In this document: positions 40,442-54,705 of the stretch, piece by piece | Numbering within the stretch: the first letter of the stretch is position 1 | How the letters are laid out: every line of letters begins with the position of its first letter | NCBI GenBank assembly: GCA_040954595.2 | Contig: CM082590.2 | Location: forward strand, 186,001-250,000 | DNA: 64,000 nt | Origin: Balanoglossus misakiensis | Taxonomy: Eukaryota > Animalia > Hemichordata | Direction: 5' to 3' | The notes under the pieces: generated by a model | Database searches by the model: none | What the model was told of the DNA's origin: nothing | What the model saw: only the letters and a program-made list of their open reading frames with translations | Translations under genes and position numbers: made by a program

Positions 40442-40756
40442 TCATGCATGATTCACTAAGAAACATTTATTCCACTGAAACACACCAAGCGATCGAAAGA
40501 TAAAATACAAAGGACATGAGTAGAGGTCAGTCAGACGTTTGTGAGTTCCGCTGACCCGATTCTTGAACTTCGAAAAGTCATCTTCCGTGAAAAACTTCAG
40601 CGAAGTCGTTGAAATGAAGTCCTGCTCTTCAAAATCGGATCGATACTTCAGTAGAGTTGGGCTTATGGAAACCAGAAATCTCTCGACCGTTGACATGTTA
40701 CTTGGAGACTTTGATTCCATGTTTATCATAGACAGATATTTACTGATGTCTTCCAC
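40442..40756 (-). CDS. SAM-like ORF inside the transposon, copy 2
   Basis: Translation identical to 31589..31903. Confidence 0.6.
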   Translation of the reverse strand: MEDISKYLSMINMESKSPSNMSTVERFLVSISPTLLKYRSDFEEQDFISTTSLKFFTEDDFSKFKNRVSGTHKRLTDLYSCPLYFIFRSLGVFQWNKCFLVNHA

Positions 40757-41066
40757 ACACGCACGTGTCTCACGCAGTGAAACTGTCGGGCGGAAGGATC
40801 AACAAATTAGGGGGGGGTCGTGTATGAACTCAGAACGAGAACAAAACTTTTCCACATCACAATCAATTTTGTAAAACGTTACCTGTCAAAAATATTCCAA
40901 TTATACAATTTAATGTCATCTTAATTACCAATGTACTCAGTATGGTTATTTTTAATGGAAGTTTGAGCAAAGTCATCAAAATGTAAGTTGGTATGTTCCG
41001 GCCTAACCAATAGGGAACATTCCCGCCTTGTCCACAACCTTATATTTGATTAATATCGTAAGAAAT

Positions 41067-41543
41067 ATGGAAGTGAGCCGGAGCGGACGCTCGTTTTCTC
41101 GCGGAAAACCACTCTCAAGTGACTTGCGTTCATTGATCAGAAATGAAATGGTGACACTCGGAGCAAATCAGAGGACCGGGTATTTTCCAGTTGGTTGTTT
41201 GAAAAAAGTAGCGGACAGGTTCAGAGTGAACAAATCGACAGTGAGTCGGTTTTGGAAACACTACTGTGAAACCGGTGAAATCGATCCACCCACTCCTCGT
41301 GGATCAACCCAGCAGAGCAAGCTCACCGATCCTGATCTGGAATTTATCGAGATGTTGAAAAGGGAAAGACCTTCCATTACGTACCAGGAAATAGTGGACC
41401 AACTGATGCAATACGGCACGGTTAACTCGGTCAGCGTTAGTACCGTGGGTAGAGCTGTTCGTAATGAACTAACTGGCGGTCCGTGGACATTTACCAGAAT
41501 GTCTGTCATCAATCAACATCGTTTGACCGAAGAGTGCGAATGA
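41067..41543 (+). CDS. Paired (Pax)-domain-like truncated transposase, copy 2
   Basis: Translation identical to 32215..32691; ATG at 41067. Confidence 0.85.
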   Translation: MEVSRSGRSFSRGKPLSSDLRSLIRNEMVTLGANQRTGYFPVGCLKKVADRFRVNKSTVSRFWKHYCETGEIDPPTPRGSTQQSKLTDPDLEFIEMLKRERPSITYQEIVDQLMQYGTVNSVSVSTVGRAVRNELTGGPWTFTRMSVINQHRLTEECE

Positions 41544-41680
41544 TCACCCCAAACGATACGCACGGGTATTATGCTGCAACTGGTTATATACAAGTACCGC
41601 AACTTTGAGTTTTCACCCATGTCGAGTTTTGATCAAACGGACAACTTCAATGTTAGAATCTACCGGAGTCTTGCATCACC

Positions 41681-41740
41681 TAACCCTGCGTACAGGTCTG
41701 TGTGTAACGCCGGGAACACACAGACCTGTACGCTGGGTTA
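41681..41740. mobile_element. 60-bp hairpin mini-element with 9-bp TSD (copy 2)
   Basis: Same as 32829..32888, flanked by TGCATCACC direct repeats. Confidence 0.75.
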
Positions 41741-44489
41741 TGCATCACCATGTGCTGTGTATTTTTTCTTTCGATCGCTTGGTGTGTTTCAGTGGAATAA
41801 ATGTTTCTTAGTGAATCATGCATGATGAATATACTAGTATGTCTTTCATTTAAAATAATGGAAAAAACACGCACAACTTTTACCGTGTTCTTTATTCATT
41901 ACAAAGTTTGAACTTTTGATTTCATCAAGTGTCTCGGTCGTATATTCACTCTGTAATGTAATCCGAGACTCTGCGTCTGCTTCAACACAACAATGTTGCA
42001 AATTCTGTTACATGCCCATTCAGTCAGCCTGATAACAATCGAGTGCGTCGATAAATAAAATCAACGGCTCAGTCGATGGGTCGTTGCAGGTGCGACGATT
42101 TTCAGTGTATGCACAGGGACTGTTTTGAAAGCAATGGTTCAAACAGACTTTAAAAATAAGTACCAACACATGAACACAGCTGGAATATACTGGGTTTCCA
42201 AACCCCCATTGTGGCAACCGGAATGTCTGATACCTGTCCTTGATTTCTTCCTCACAGTGGTGTTGCAAGAAGACTGCCCTCACAGGTCATGGAACAGTTG
42301 AAGAATCTCAACCAAACCTTGAAGATCGGTCATTTGCTGTGCAGAAGCTGAGGACCAGACTTCCTCCTGGATGTCATCCAACGTCAGGTAAAAATGTCAG
42401 CTTACAGCTGTTGAAAGCCAAAGACTCAAATTGAGCATTGTGGCTTTTTAGGTCCCATTGGGACCTTATAGGATTGGTTGCATCTGTATCTATCTATGTA
42501 TGGATGTATGTCTGTCCGTCCGTCCACATCAAAAACGTGAAAACCACTGTGCATATCACCTCAATATTTTTATTTTGAGTCAACTGACCAATATTCAAAT
42601 GTTGACAGAAATATTTTCCGATTACCAACTTCCTGAGATAGAAAATCACTCAAGTTTACAGACGTACATAATAAATGATATGCAGCCTTTAAATCCTATC
42701 ATTCGGTATTTTGAGAAATTACAAAATAAAAGTTGATCCAACAATTTTAGAATGGGTGCAATATCGTGTGTACAAACATTACGTCCAATCCAAATGTTCA
42801 GCAAATTTTGCATTTGACACATTCAAAATAGTGGACTGCCTTTGCTTCCTTCCATATTTTATGCACAGCGTATAATCAGACTTTAGTTTTGTCCTGTCTT
42901 TTCACCCATTATTTGTTCTCTTTTCCTGATCTCCGACAGAGACTATGGTTGCCACCATCTTGTCCGTTGTTAGGACAGCATACTGCCTTATGGCACTGAC
43001 TATATACAATTATTGTAACCATAGTCTCTGGTTTGGCACATGGTAAATTTTATCAAAATTATTGCTGCGGGCCCTACATTTCCTTTGCAAAAGAATTAAA
43101 ACTGCATTGTATAGCAAACGAAAATTCTGTAACTTCCCAAATCCTGATCTCAGGGTTTCAACATTTCTTGGAATTTCTTGAGTTTGTAAAATTTGCTGGA
43201 AAGTACTTGATTGTCCTACAAAATTGAAATTTGTCCTACAAAATTGAAATTTATCCTACAAAATTGATTTACCACCTGTGCTGTCTTAAAATGTCACTTG
43301 TCATAGAAAGCTTTATCAATTACTTCTGGAGAACAGCATTGCTGATTTTAAAAACTTGAAAACTGGTGAGAAAATTCTTGTAAACTTCTGGAATTTTATG
43401 TTTGTGAACTACTGGTATGTAACTACAATAACAGGTTTCTTTCCTTGGGATCAGCTCACTCCATAACAATATGTTTTTGTTTTGTTTTTTTACATCAGAA
43501 ACTGAAGTCTTACAGACTTTCCATGAACAGGTTTCTGTCATTCAAAGAGTTTCTGTTTGGTGGCTGCACACCATAGTACCAACAATGTTTAAAGTCAACA
43601 CCAGCGACTACGTACGCAGGTAACAATTCAAGTTTGAGTTCAAAGCACTTGGAAAACATGGTTTGGTTGTACGTTGGTGAAGTTTCAAAGGCCGAGGATT
43701 GTCTTATGCACATGTGCCTAATTTCGTGTATACAAACATTGCATCCAATCCATATGTTCTTCAAATTTTGCATTCAAAATGTGGACTGCCTTCGCTTCCT
43801 TCCATAATTCATGCACACCGTACAAGTAGACTTAAGTTTTGTCCCTTCTTTTCACCCAATTTGCTGTCTTTTCCCGATCTCTGACATAGAATATGTCGCC
43901 GCCATCTTGTCTGTTGTTAGGACAGCACACTGCCTTGTGGCATTGACTGTGTACATTTTTTGTAATCAGAGTCTCTGGTTCGGCACATGTGCATTAGATG
44001 ATTGTCGCCCTTTAAACCCCGGTGAGGGGTATAAAAGACCCCCCAAATCAGTGGCGAACCTTAATGCCATTTGACTGACAACAGACAACACCAACGATCT
44101 AGGCTCTATGAAAATCGGCCCAAACAGGTCCAAGCATAAAGAATTACACCACACAACGACAGAAGTTGGCTTTATACACACACACAGCATAAAGTTATCG
44201 ACGAAAAATACACGAGCTTTTGAAACAACGATGATTTTGGGAGAAATCTGGTTTCAGTGCTTTTCAGAAGCGTCCCTGGGAAACAATAACCACGCCATTC
44301 AAACAGCTGTCAATCGCATAGAGGTGTAAAGTGTTCAATTATTTTCTATGTACATGAGATCAATTACACAGTCATTATGCACGACGACCACTCCCAAATA
44401 AACAACTATACAAACACACGTTAATCCGAATCCCCGGTCTTTCTGTCTTTACTTTAATACAAGAGTATTTGATATTTTGATATCAACAG

Positions 44490-45838
44490 ATACCAACCAC
44501 CACAGCTGGCGATTTCCAACCTGTACTGGAAGGGCTGGTTGCTTTTACTTGTTGTTTCAGCATTTAACCCGGCAAACATTGGTAAGTTTCAACTATGGAC
44601 TCACATTCAATCAAATTCAATGTTCATTGCTAAGACATCATTCTGTAGATAGTGTCACATCTTGTTTTCAAAATCACAGAAATGATTTGATTTCTCTCTT
44701 TCAGGCCACAAAGCATGGGAGGAGTATCCGATGTTGAAGTGTATGATGGAAATGTGTATGACAAAGTGAGTGCCTTATTATGTATATGGAACTTTGAGGG
44801 TGTCAGGGATTGTACTCAAAGAACTTGACTTAGAATTCAGTATAAATACATGTAGACGTGTCCCTGTCTGTATACAGACAAGACTTCACTTGTCATATCA
44901 TTTGCATTTATCCCTTTATTGATTTAGCTTGCCAAAATGGAGAAACAAGATATCTTGGAGTTTGAAAGTCATTTGGCAGCAGCCTCCACTCATATGCATA
45001 TTGATGAGAGCACTAGTTTGTTGCTGGCTCAGTTAACAGGAATGGATCCACAGTAAGTTTGACTTTTTATTCAGTCAACATGCGCCCAGATAAACGATTT
45101 CACGTCTAGAAATTGGAACCTAGCACATCATAAGACCTAATTCTGTATTCTGTGGATTTTTGGACTACAGCTGGAAATTCTTGAGCGATCGCAATCTGAA
45201 CATACTGAAAAGCGTACAATCCGTTGGCTATACAATTTTAACGCTGTACTGCAGTAGTGGGCCGATGATGTGATTTTAATCTACGAGTTTCAAGTCTTGT
45301 GAAATAATGTGGCCTCACATATCTATAACCCAACAAAATTGCATCTGATTTTGATATTACATGACGCTCTGTTGAGATAGTCCACTGATTCAGCACATTC
45401 TCAAAAATAGTTCTGGGCACACAGTGAAAATCTGTTTCTGTATTTTCACCAGTGAAAATACAAGCTCATATCTTCACCGTTAGAACAATAGCACAGTGGC
45501 AAATGCAGGCGTTGCATGTATGATAAATTGACAGTCTTAGGACCATCAAAAGAGCATTTATGCACAGGGACTGTTTAGAAAGCAATGGTTCAAACAGACT
45601 TTAAAAATCAGTACCAACACATGAACACAGCTGGAATATACTGGGTTTTCAAACCCCCATTGTGGCAACCGGAATGTCTGATACCTGTCCTTGATTTCTT
45701 CCTCACAGTGGTGTTGCAAGAAGACTGCCCTCACATGTCATGGAACAGTTGAAGAATCTCAACCAAACCTTGAAGATCGGTCATTTGCTGTGCAGAAGCT
45801 GAGGACCAGACTTCCTCCTGGATGTCATCCAACGTCAG
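44490..45838 (+). pseudogene. INTS1: INTS1 four-exon fragment, unit 12
   Basis: Same exons, splice sites and TGA as unit 1. Confidence 0.9.
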
Positions 45839-47940
45839 GTAAAAATGTCAGCTTACAGCTGTTGAAAGCCAAAGACTCAAATTGAGCATTGTGGCTTTTT
45901 AGGTCCCATTGGGACCTTATAGGATTGGTTGCATCTGTATCTATCTATGTATGGATGTATGTCTGTCCGTCCGTCCACATCAAAAACGTGAAAACCACTG
46001 TGCATATCACCTCAATATTTTTATTTTGAGTCAACTGACCAATATTCAAATGTTGACAGAAATATTTTCCGATTACCAACTTCCTGAGATAGAAAATCAC
46101 TCAAGTTTACAGACGTACATAATAAACGATATGCAGCCTTTAAATCCTATCATTCGGTATTTTGAGAAATTACAAAATAAAAGTTGATCCAACAATTTTA
46201 GAATGGGTGCAATATCGTGTGTACAAACATTACGTCCAATCCAAATGTTCAGCAAATTTTGAATTTGACACATTCAAAATAGTGGACTGCCTTTGCTTCC
46301 TTCCATATTTTATGCACAGCGTATAATCAGACTTTAGTTTTGTCCTGTCTTTTCACCCATTATTTGTTCTCTTTTCCTGATCTCCGACAGAGACTATGGT
46401 TGCCACCATCTTGTCCGTTGTTAGGACAGCATACTGCCTTATGGCACTGACTATATACAATTATTGTAACCATAGTCTCTGGTTTGGCACATGGTAAATT
46501 TTATCAAAATTATTGCTGCGGGCCCTACATTTCCTTTGCAAAAGAATTAAAACTGCATTGTATAGCAAACGAAAATTCTGTAACTTCCCAAATCCTGATC
46601 TCAGGGTTTCAACATTTCTTGGAATTTCTTGAGTTTGTAAAATTTGCTGGAAAGTACTTGATTGTCCTACAAAATTGAAATTTGTCCTACAAAATTGAAA
46701 TTTATCCTACAAAATTGATTTACCACCTGTGCTGTCTTAAAATGTCACTTGTCATAGAAAGCTTTATCAATTACTTCTGGAGAACAGCATTGCTGATTTT
46801 AAAAACTTGAAAACTGGTGAGAAAATTCTTGTAAACTTCTGGAATTTTATGTTTGTGAACTACTGGTATGTAACTACAATAACAGGTTTCTTTCCTTGGG
46901 ATCAGCTCACTCCATAACAATATGTTTTTGTTTTGTTTTTTTACATCAGAAACTGAAGTCTTACAGACTTTCCATGAACAGGTTTCTGTCATTCAAAGAG
47001 TTTCTGTTTGGTGGCTGCACACCATAGTACCAACAATGTTTAAAGTCAACACCAGCGACTACGTACGCAGGTAACAATTCAAGTTTGAGTTCAAAGCACT
47101 TGGAAAACATGGTTTGGTTGTACGTTGGTGAAGTTTCAAAGGCCGAGGATTGTCTTATGCACATGTGCCTAATTTCGTGTATACAAACATTGCATCCAAT
47201 CCATATGTTCTTCAAATTTTGCATTCAAAATGTGGACTGCCTTCGCTTCCTTCCATAATTCATGCACACCGTACAATTAGACTTAAGTTTTGTCCCTTCT
47301 TTTCACCCAATTTGCTGTCTTTTCCCGATCTCTGACATAGAATATGTCGCCGCCATCTTGTCTGTTGTTAGGACAGCACACTGCCTTGTGGCATTGACTG
47401 TGTACATTTTTTGTAATCAGAGTCTCTGGTTCGGCACATGTGCATTAGATGATTGTCGCCCTTTAAACCCCGGTGAGGGGTATAAAAGACCCCCCAAATC
47501 AGTGGCGAACCTTAATGCCATTTGACTGACAACAGACAACACCAACGATCTTGGCTCTATGAAAATCGGCCCAAACAGGTCCAAGCATAAAGAATTACAC
47601 CACACAACGACAGAAGTTGGCTTTATAAACACACACAGCATAAAGTTATCGACGAAAAATACACGAGCTTTTGAAACAACGATGATTTTGGGAAAAATCT
47701 GGTTTCAGTGCTTTTCAGAAGCGTCCCTGGGAAACAATAACCACGCCATTCAAACAGCTGTCAATCGCATAGAGGTGTAAAGTGTTCAATTATTTTCTAT
47801 GTACATGAGATCAATTACACAGTCATTATGCACGACGACCACTCCCAAATAAACAACTATACAAACACACGTTAATCCGAATCCCCGGTCTTTCTGTCTT
47901 TACTTTAATACAAGAGTATTTGATATTTTGATATCAACAG

Positions 47941-49289
47941 ATACCAACCACCACAGCTGGCGATTTCCAACCTGTACTGGAAGGGCTGGTTGCTTTTACT
48001 TGTTGTTTCAGCATTTAACCCGGCAAACATTGGTAAGTTTCAACTATGGACTCACATTCAATCAAATTCAATGTTCATTGCTAAGACATCATTCTGTAGA
48101 TAGTGTCACATCTTGTTTTCAAAATCACAGAAATGATTTGATTTCTCTCTTTCAGGCCACAAAGCATGGGAGGAGTATCCTATGTTGAAGTGTATGATGG
48201 AAATGTGTATGACAAAGTGAGTGCCTTATTATGTATATGGAACTTTGAGGGTGTCAGGGATTGTACTCAAAGAACTTGACTTAGAATTCAGTATAAATAC
48301 ATGTAGACGTGTCCCTGTCTGTATACAGACAAGACTTCACTTGTCATATCATTTGCATTTATCCCTTTATTGATTTAGCTTGCCAAAATGGAGAAACAAG
48401 ATATCTTGGAGTTTGAAAGTCATTTGGCAGCAGCCTCCACTCATATGCATATTGATGAGAGCACTAGTTTGTTGCTGGCTCAGTTAACAGGAATGGATCC
48501 ACAGTAAGTTTGACTTTTTATTCAGTCAACATGCGCCCAGATAAACGATTTCACGTCTAGAAATTGGAACCTAGCACATCATAAGACCTAATTCTGTATT
48601 CTGTGGATTTTTGGACTACAGCTGGAAATTCTTGAGCGATCGCAATCTGAACATACTGAAAAGCGTACAATCCGTTGGCTATACAATTTTAACGCTGTAC
48701 TGCAGTAGTGGGCCGATGATGTGATTTTAATCTACGAGTTTCAAGTCTTGTGAAATAATGTGGCCTCACATATCTATAACCCAACAAAATTGCATCTGAT
48801 TTTGATATTACATGACGCTCTGTTGAGATAGTCCACTGATTCAGCACATTCTCAAAAATAGTTCTGGGCACACAGTGAAAATCTGTTTCTGTATTTTCAC
48901 CAGTGAAAATACAAGCTCATATCTTCACCGTTAGAACAATAGCACAGTGGCAAATGCAGGCGTTGCATGTATGATAAATTGACAGTCTTAGGACCATCAA
49001 AAGAGCATTTATGCACAGGGACTGTTTTGAAAGCAATGGTTCAAACAGACTTTAAAAATAAGTACCAACACATGAACACAGCTGGAATATACTGGGTTTT
49101 CAAACCCCCATTGTGGCAACCGGAATGTCTGATACCTGTCCTTGATTTCTTCCTCACAGTGGTGTTGCAAGAAGACTGCCCTCACAGGTCATGGAACAGT
49201 TGAAGAATCTCAACCAAACCTTGAAGATCGGTCATTTGCTGTGCAGAAGCTGAGGACCAGACTTCCTCCTGGATGTCATCCAACGTCAG
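47941..49289 (+). pseudogene. INTS1: INTS1 four-exon fragment, unit 13
   Basis: Same exons, splice sites and TGA as unit 1. Confidence 0.9.
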
Positions 49290-51391
49290 GTAAAAATGTC
49301 AGCTTACAGCTGTTGAAAGCCAAAGACTCAAATTGAGCATTGTGGCTTTTTAGGTCCCATTGGGACCTTATAGGATTGGTTGCATCTGTATCTATCTATG
49401 TATGGATGTATGTCTGTCCGTCCGTCCACATCAAAAACGTGAAAACCACTGTGCATATTACCTCAATATTTTTATTTTGAGTCCACTGACCAATATTCAA
49501 ATGTTGACAGAAATATTTTCCGATTACCAACTTCCTGAGATAGAAAATCACTCAAGTTTACAGACGTACATAATAAACGATATGCAGCCTTTAAATCCTA
49601 TCATTCGGTATTTTGAGAAATTACAAAATAAAAGTTGATCCAACAATTTTAGAATGGGTGCAATATCGTGTGTACAAACATTACGTCCAATCCAAATGTT
49701 CAGCAAATTTTGCATTTGACACATTCAAAATAGTGGACTGCCTTTGCTTCCTTCCATATTTTATGCACAGCGTATAATCAGACTTTAGTTTTGTCCTGTC
49801 TTTTCACCCATTATTTGTTCTCTTTTCCTGATCTCCGACAGAGACTATGGTTGCCACCATCTTGTCCGTTGTTAGGACAGCATACTGCCTTATGGCACTG
49901 ACTATATACAATTATTGTAACCATAGTCTCTGGTTTGGCACATGGTAAATTTTATCAAAATTATTGCTGCGGGCCCTACATTTCCTTTGCAAAAGAATTA
50001 AAACTGCATTGTATAGCAAACGAAAATTCTGTAACTTCCCAAATCCTGATCTCAGGGTTTCAACATTTCTTGGAATTTCTTGAGTTTGTAAAATTTGCTG
50101 GAAAGTACTTGATTGTCCTACAAAATTGAAATTTGTCCTACAAAATTGAAATTTATCCTACAAAATTGATTTACCACCTGTGCTGTCTTAAAATGTCACT
50201 TGTCATAGAAAGCTTTATCAATTACTTCTGGAGAACAGCATTGCTGATTTTAAAAACTTGAAAACTGGTGAGAAAATTCTTGTAAACTTCTGGAATTTTA
50301 TGTTTGTGAACTACTGGTATGTAACTACAATAACAGGTTTCTTTCCTTGGGATCAGCTCACTCCATAACAATATGTTTTTGTTTTGTTTTTTTACATCAG
50401 AAACTGAAGTCTTACAGACTTTCCATGAACAGGTTTCTGTCATTCAAAGAGTTTCTGTTTGGTGGCTGCACACCATAGTACCAAGAATGTTTAAAGTCAA
50501 CACCAGCGACTACGTACGCAGGTAACAATTCAAGTTTGAGTTCAAAGCACTTGGAAAACATGGTTTGGTTGTACGTTGGTGAAGTTTCAAAGGCCGAGGA
50601 TTGTCTTATGCACATGTGCCTAATTTCGTGTATACAAACATTGCATCCAATCCATATGTTCTTCAAATTTTGCATTCAAAATGTGGACTGCCTTCGCTTC
50701 CTTCCATAATTCATGCACACCGTACAAGTAGACTTAAGTTTTGTCCCTTCTTTTCACCCAATTTGCTGTCTTTTCCCGATCTCTGACATAGAATATGTCG
50801 CCGCCATCTTGTCTGTTGTTAGGACAGCACACTGCCTTGTGGCATTGACTGTGTACATTTTTTGTAATCAGAGTCTCTGGTTCGGCACATGTGCATTAGA
50901 TGATTGTCGCCCTTTAAACCCCGGTGAGGGGTATAAAAGACCCCCCAAATCAGTGGCGAACCTTAATGCCATTTGACTGACAACAGACAACACCAACGAT
51001 CTTGGCTCTATGAAAATCGGCCCAAACAGGTCCAAGCATAAAGAATTACACCACACAACGACAGAAGTTGGCTTTATAAACACACACAGCATAAAGTTAT
51101 CGACAAAAAATACACGAGCTTTTGAAACAACGATGATTTTGGGAGAAATCTGGTTTCAGTGCTTTTCAGAAGCGTCCCTGGGAAACAATAACCACGCCAT
51201 TCAAACAGCTGTCAATCGCATAGAGGTGTAAAGTGTTCAATTATTTTCTATGTACATGAGATCAATTACACAGTCATTATGCACGACGACCACTCCCAAA
51301 TAAACAACTATACAAACACACGTTAATCCGAATCCCCGGTCTTTCTGTCTTTACTTTAATACAAGAGTATTTGATATTTTGATATCAACAG

Positions 51392-52740
51392 ATACCAACC
51401 ACCACAGCTGGCGATTTCCAACCTGTACTGGAAGGGCTGGTTGCTTTTACTTGTTGTTTCAGCATTTAACCCGGCAAACATTGGTAAGTTTCAACTATGG
51501 ACTCACATTCAATCAAATTCAATGTTCATTGCTAAGACATCATTCTGTAGATAGTGTCACATCTTGTTTTCAAAATCACAGAAATGATTTGATTTCTCTC
51601 TTTCAGGCCACAAAGCATGGGAGGAGTATCCGATGTTGAAGTGTATGATGGAAATGTGTATGACAAAGTGAGTGCCTTATTATGTATATGGAACTTTGAG
51701 GGTGTCAGGGATTGTACTCAAAGAACTTGACTTAGAATTCAGTATAAATACATGTAGACGTGTCCCTGTCTGTATACAGACAAGACTTCACTTGTCATAT
51801 CATTTGCATTTATCCCTTTATTGATTTAGCTTGCCAAAATGGAGAAACAAGATATCTTGGAGTTTGAAAGTCATTTGGCAGCAGCCTCCACTCATATGCA
51901 TATTGATGAGAGCACTAGTTTGTTGCTGGCTCAGTTAACAGGAATGGATCCACAGTAAGTTTGACTTTTTATTCAGTCAACATGCGCCCAGATAAACGAT
52001 TTCACGTCTAGAAATTGGAACCTAGCACATCATAAGACCTAATTCTGTATTCTGTGGATTTTTGGACTACAGCTGGAAATTCTTGAGCGATCGCAATCTG
52101 AACATACTGAAAAGCGTACAATCCGTTGGCTATACAATTTTAACGCTGTACTGCAGTAGTGGGCCGATGATGTGATTTTAATCTACGAGTTTCAAGTCTT
52201 GTGAAATAATGTGGCCTCACATATCTATAACCCAACAAAATTGCATCTGATTTTGATATTACATGACGCTCTGTTGAGATAGTCCACTGATTCAGCACAT
52301 TCTCAAAAATAGTTCTGGGCACACAGTGAAAATCTGTTTCTGTATTTTCACCAGTGAAAATACAAGCTCATATCTTCACCGTTAGAACAATAGCACAGTG
52401 GCAAATGCAGGCGTTGCATGTATGATAAATTGACAGTCTTAGGACCATCAAAAGAGCATTTATGCACAGGGACTGTTTTGAAAGCAATGGTTCAAACAGA
52501 CTTTAAAAATAAGTACCAACACATGAACACAGCTGGAATATACTGGGTTTTCAAACCCCCATTGTGGCAACCGGAATGTCTGATACCTGTCCTTGATTTC
52601 TTCCTCACAGTGGTGTTGCAAGAAGACTGCCCTCACAGGTCATGGAACAGTTGAAGAATCTCAACCAAACCTTGAAGATCGGTCATTTGCTGTGCAGAAG
52701 CTGAGGACCAGACTTCCTCCTGGATGTCATCCAACGTCAG
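51392..52740 (+). pseudogene. INTS1: INTS1 four-exon fragment, unit 14
   Basis: Same exons, splice sites and TGA as unit 1. Confidence 0.9.
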
Positions 52741-54705
52741 GTAAAAATGTCAGCTTACAGCTGTTGAAAGCCAAAGACTCAAATTGAGCATTGTGGCTTT
52801 TTAGGTCCCATTGGGACCTTATAGGATTGGTTGCATCTGTATCTATCTATGTATGGATGTATGTCTGTCCGTCCGTCCACATCAAAAACGTGAAAACCAC
52901 TGTGCATATCACCTCAATATTTTTATTTTGAGTCAACTGACCAATATTCAAATGTTGACAGAAATATTTTCCGATTACCAACTTCCTGAGATAGAAAATC
53001 ACTCAAGTTTACAGACGTACATAATAAACGATATGCAGCCTTTAAATCCTATCATTCGGTATTTTGAGAAATTACAAAATAAAAGTTGATCCAACAATTT
53101 TAGAATGGGTGCAATATCGTGTGTACAAACATTACGTCCAATCCAAATGTTCAGCAAATTTTGCATTTGACACATTCAAAATAGTGGACTGCCTTTGCTT
53201 CCTTCCATATTTTATGCACAGCGTATAATCAGACTTTAGTTTTGTCCTGTCTTTTCACCCATTATTTGTTCTCTTTTCCTGATCTCCGACAGAGACTATG
53301 GTTGCCACCATCTTGTCCGTTGTTAGGACAGCATACTGCCTTATGGCACTGACTATATACAATTATTGTAACCATAGTCTCTGGTTTGGCACATGGTAAA
53401 TTTTATCAAAATTATTGCTGCGGGCCCTACATTTCCTTTGCAAAAGAATTAAAACTGCATTGTATAGCAAACGAAAATTCTGTAACTTCCCAAATCCTGA
53501 TCTCAGGGTTTCAACATTTCTTGGAATTTCTTGAGTTTGTAAAATTTGCTGGAAAGTACTTGATTGTCCTACAAAATTGAAATTTGTCCTACAAAATTGA
53601 AATTTATCCTACAAAATTGATTTACCACCTGTGCTGTCTTAAAATGTCACTTGTCATAGAAAGCTTTATCAATTACTTCTGGAGAACAGCATTGCTGATT
53701 TTAAAAACTTGAAAACTGGTGAGAAAATTCTTGTAAACTTCTGGAATTTTATGTTTGTGAACTACTGGTATGTAACTACAATAACAGGTTTCTTTCCTTG
53801 GGATCAGCTCACTCCATAACAATATGTTTTTGTTTTGTTTTTTTACATCAGAAACTGAAGTCTTACAGACTTTCCATGAACAGGTTTCTGTCATTCAAAG
53901 AGTTTCTGTTTGGTGGCTGCACACCATAGTACCAACAATGTTTAAAGTCAACACCAGCGACTACGTACGCAGGTAACAATTCAAGTTTGAGTTCAAAGCA
54001 CTTGGAAAACATGGTTTGGTTGTACGTTGGTGAAGTTTCAAAGGCCGAGGATTGTCTTATGCACATGTGCCTAATTTCGTGTATACAAACATTGCATCCA
54101 ATCCATATGTTCTTCAAATTTTGCATTCAAAATGTGGACTGCCTTCGCTTCCTTCCATAATTCATGCACACCGTACAAGTAGACTTAAGTTTTGTCCCTT
54201 CTTTTCACCCAATTTGCTGTCTTTTCCCGATCTCTGACATAGAATATGTCGCCGCCATCTTGTCTGTTGTTAGGACAGCACACTGCCTTGTGGCATTGAC
54301 TGTGTACATTTTTTGTAATCAGAGTCTCTGGTTCGGCACATGTGCATTAGATGATTGTCGCCCTTTAAACCCCGGTGAGGGGTATAAAAGACCCCCCAAA
54401 TCAGTGGCGAACCTTAATGCCATTTGACTGACAACAGACAACACCAACGATCTTGGCTCTATGAAAATCGGCCCAAACAGGTCCAAGCATAAAGAATTAC
54501 ACCACACAACGACAGAAGTTGGCTTTATAAACACACACAGCATAAAGTTATCGACGAAAAATACACGAGCTTTTGAAACAACGATGATTTTGGGAGAAAT
54601 CTGGTTTCAGTGCTTTTCAGAAGCGTCCCTGGGAAACAATAACCACGCCATTCAAACAGCTGTCAATCGCATAGAGGTGTAAAGTGTTCAATTATTTTCT
54701 ATGTA

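Larger units (their letters stand above)
40160..42107. mobile_element. Tc1/mariner-like non-autonomous transposon, 1948 bp, 350-bp TIRs, copy 2
   Basis: Same element and the same TA site (unit offset 1170) as copy 1, with one fewer G in the poly-G run. TIRs at 40160-40509 and 41758-42107. Confidence 0.93.
39089..42387 (+). pseudogene. INTS1: INTS1 four-exon fragment, unit 11 (transposon in third intron)
   Basis: Same exons, with a 1950-bp insertion in the third intron. Confidence 0.9.
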
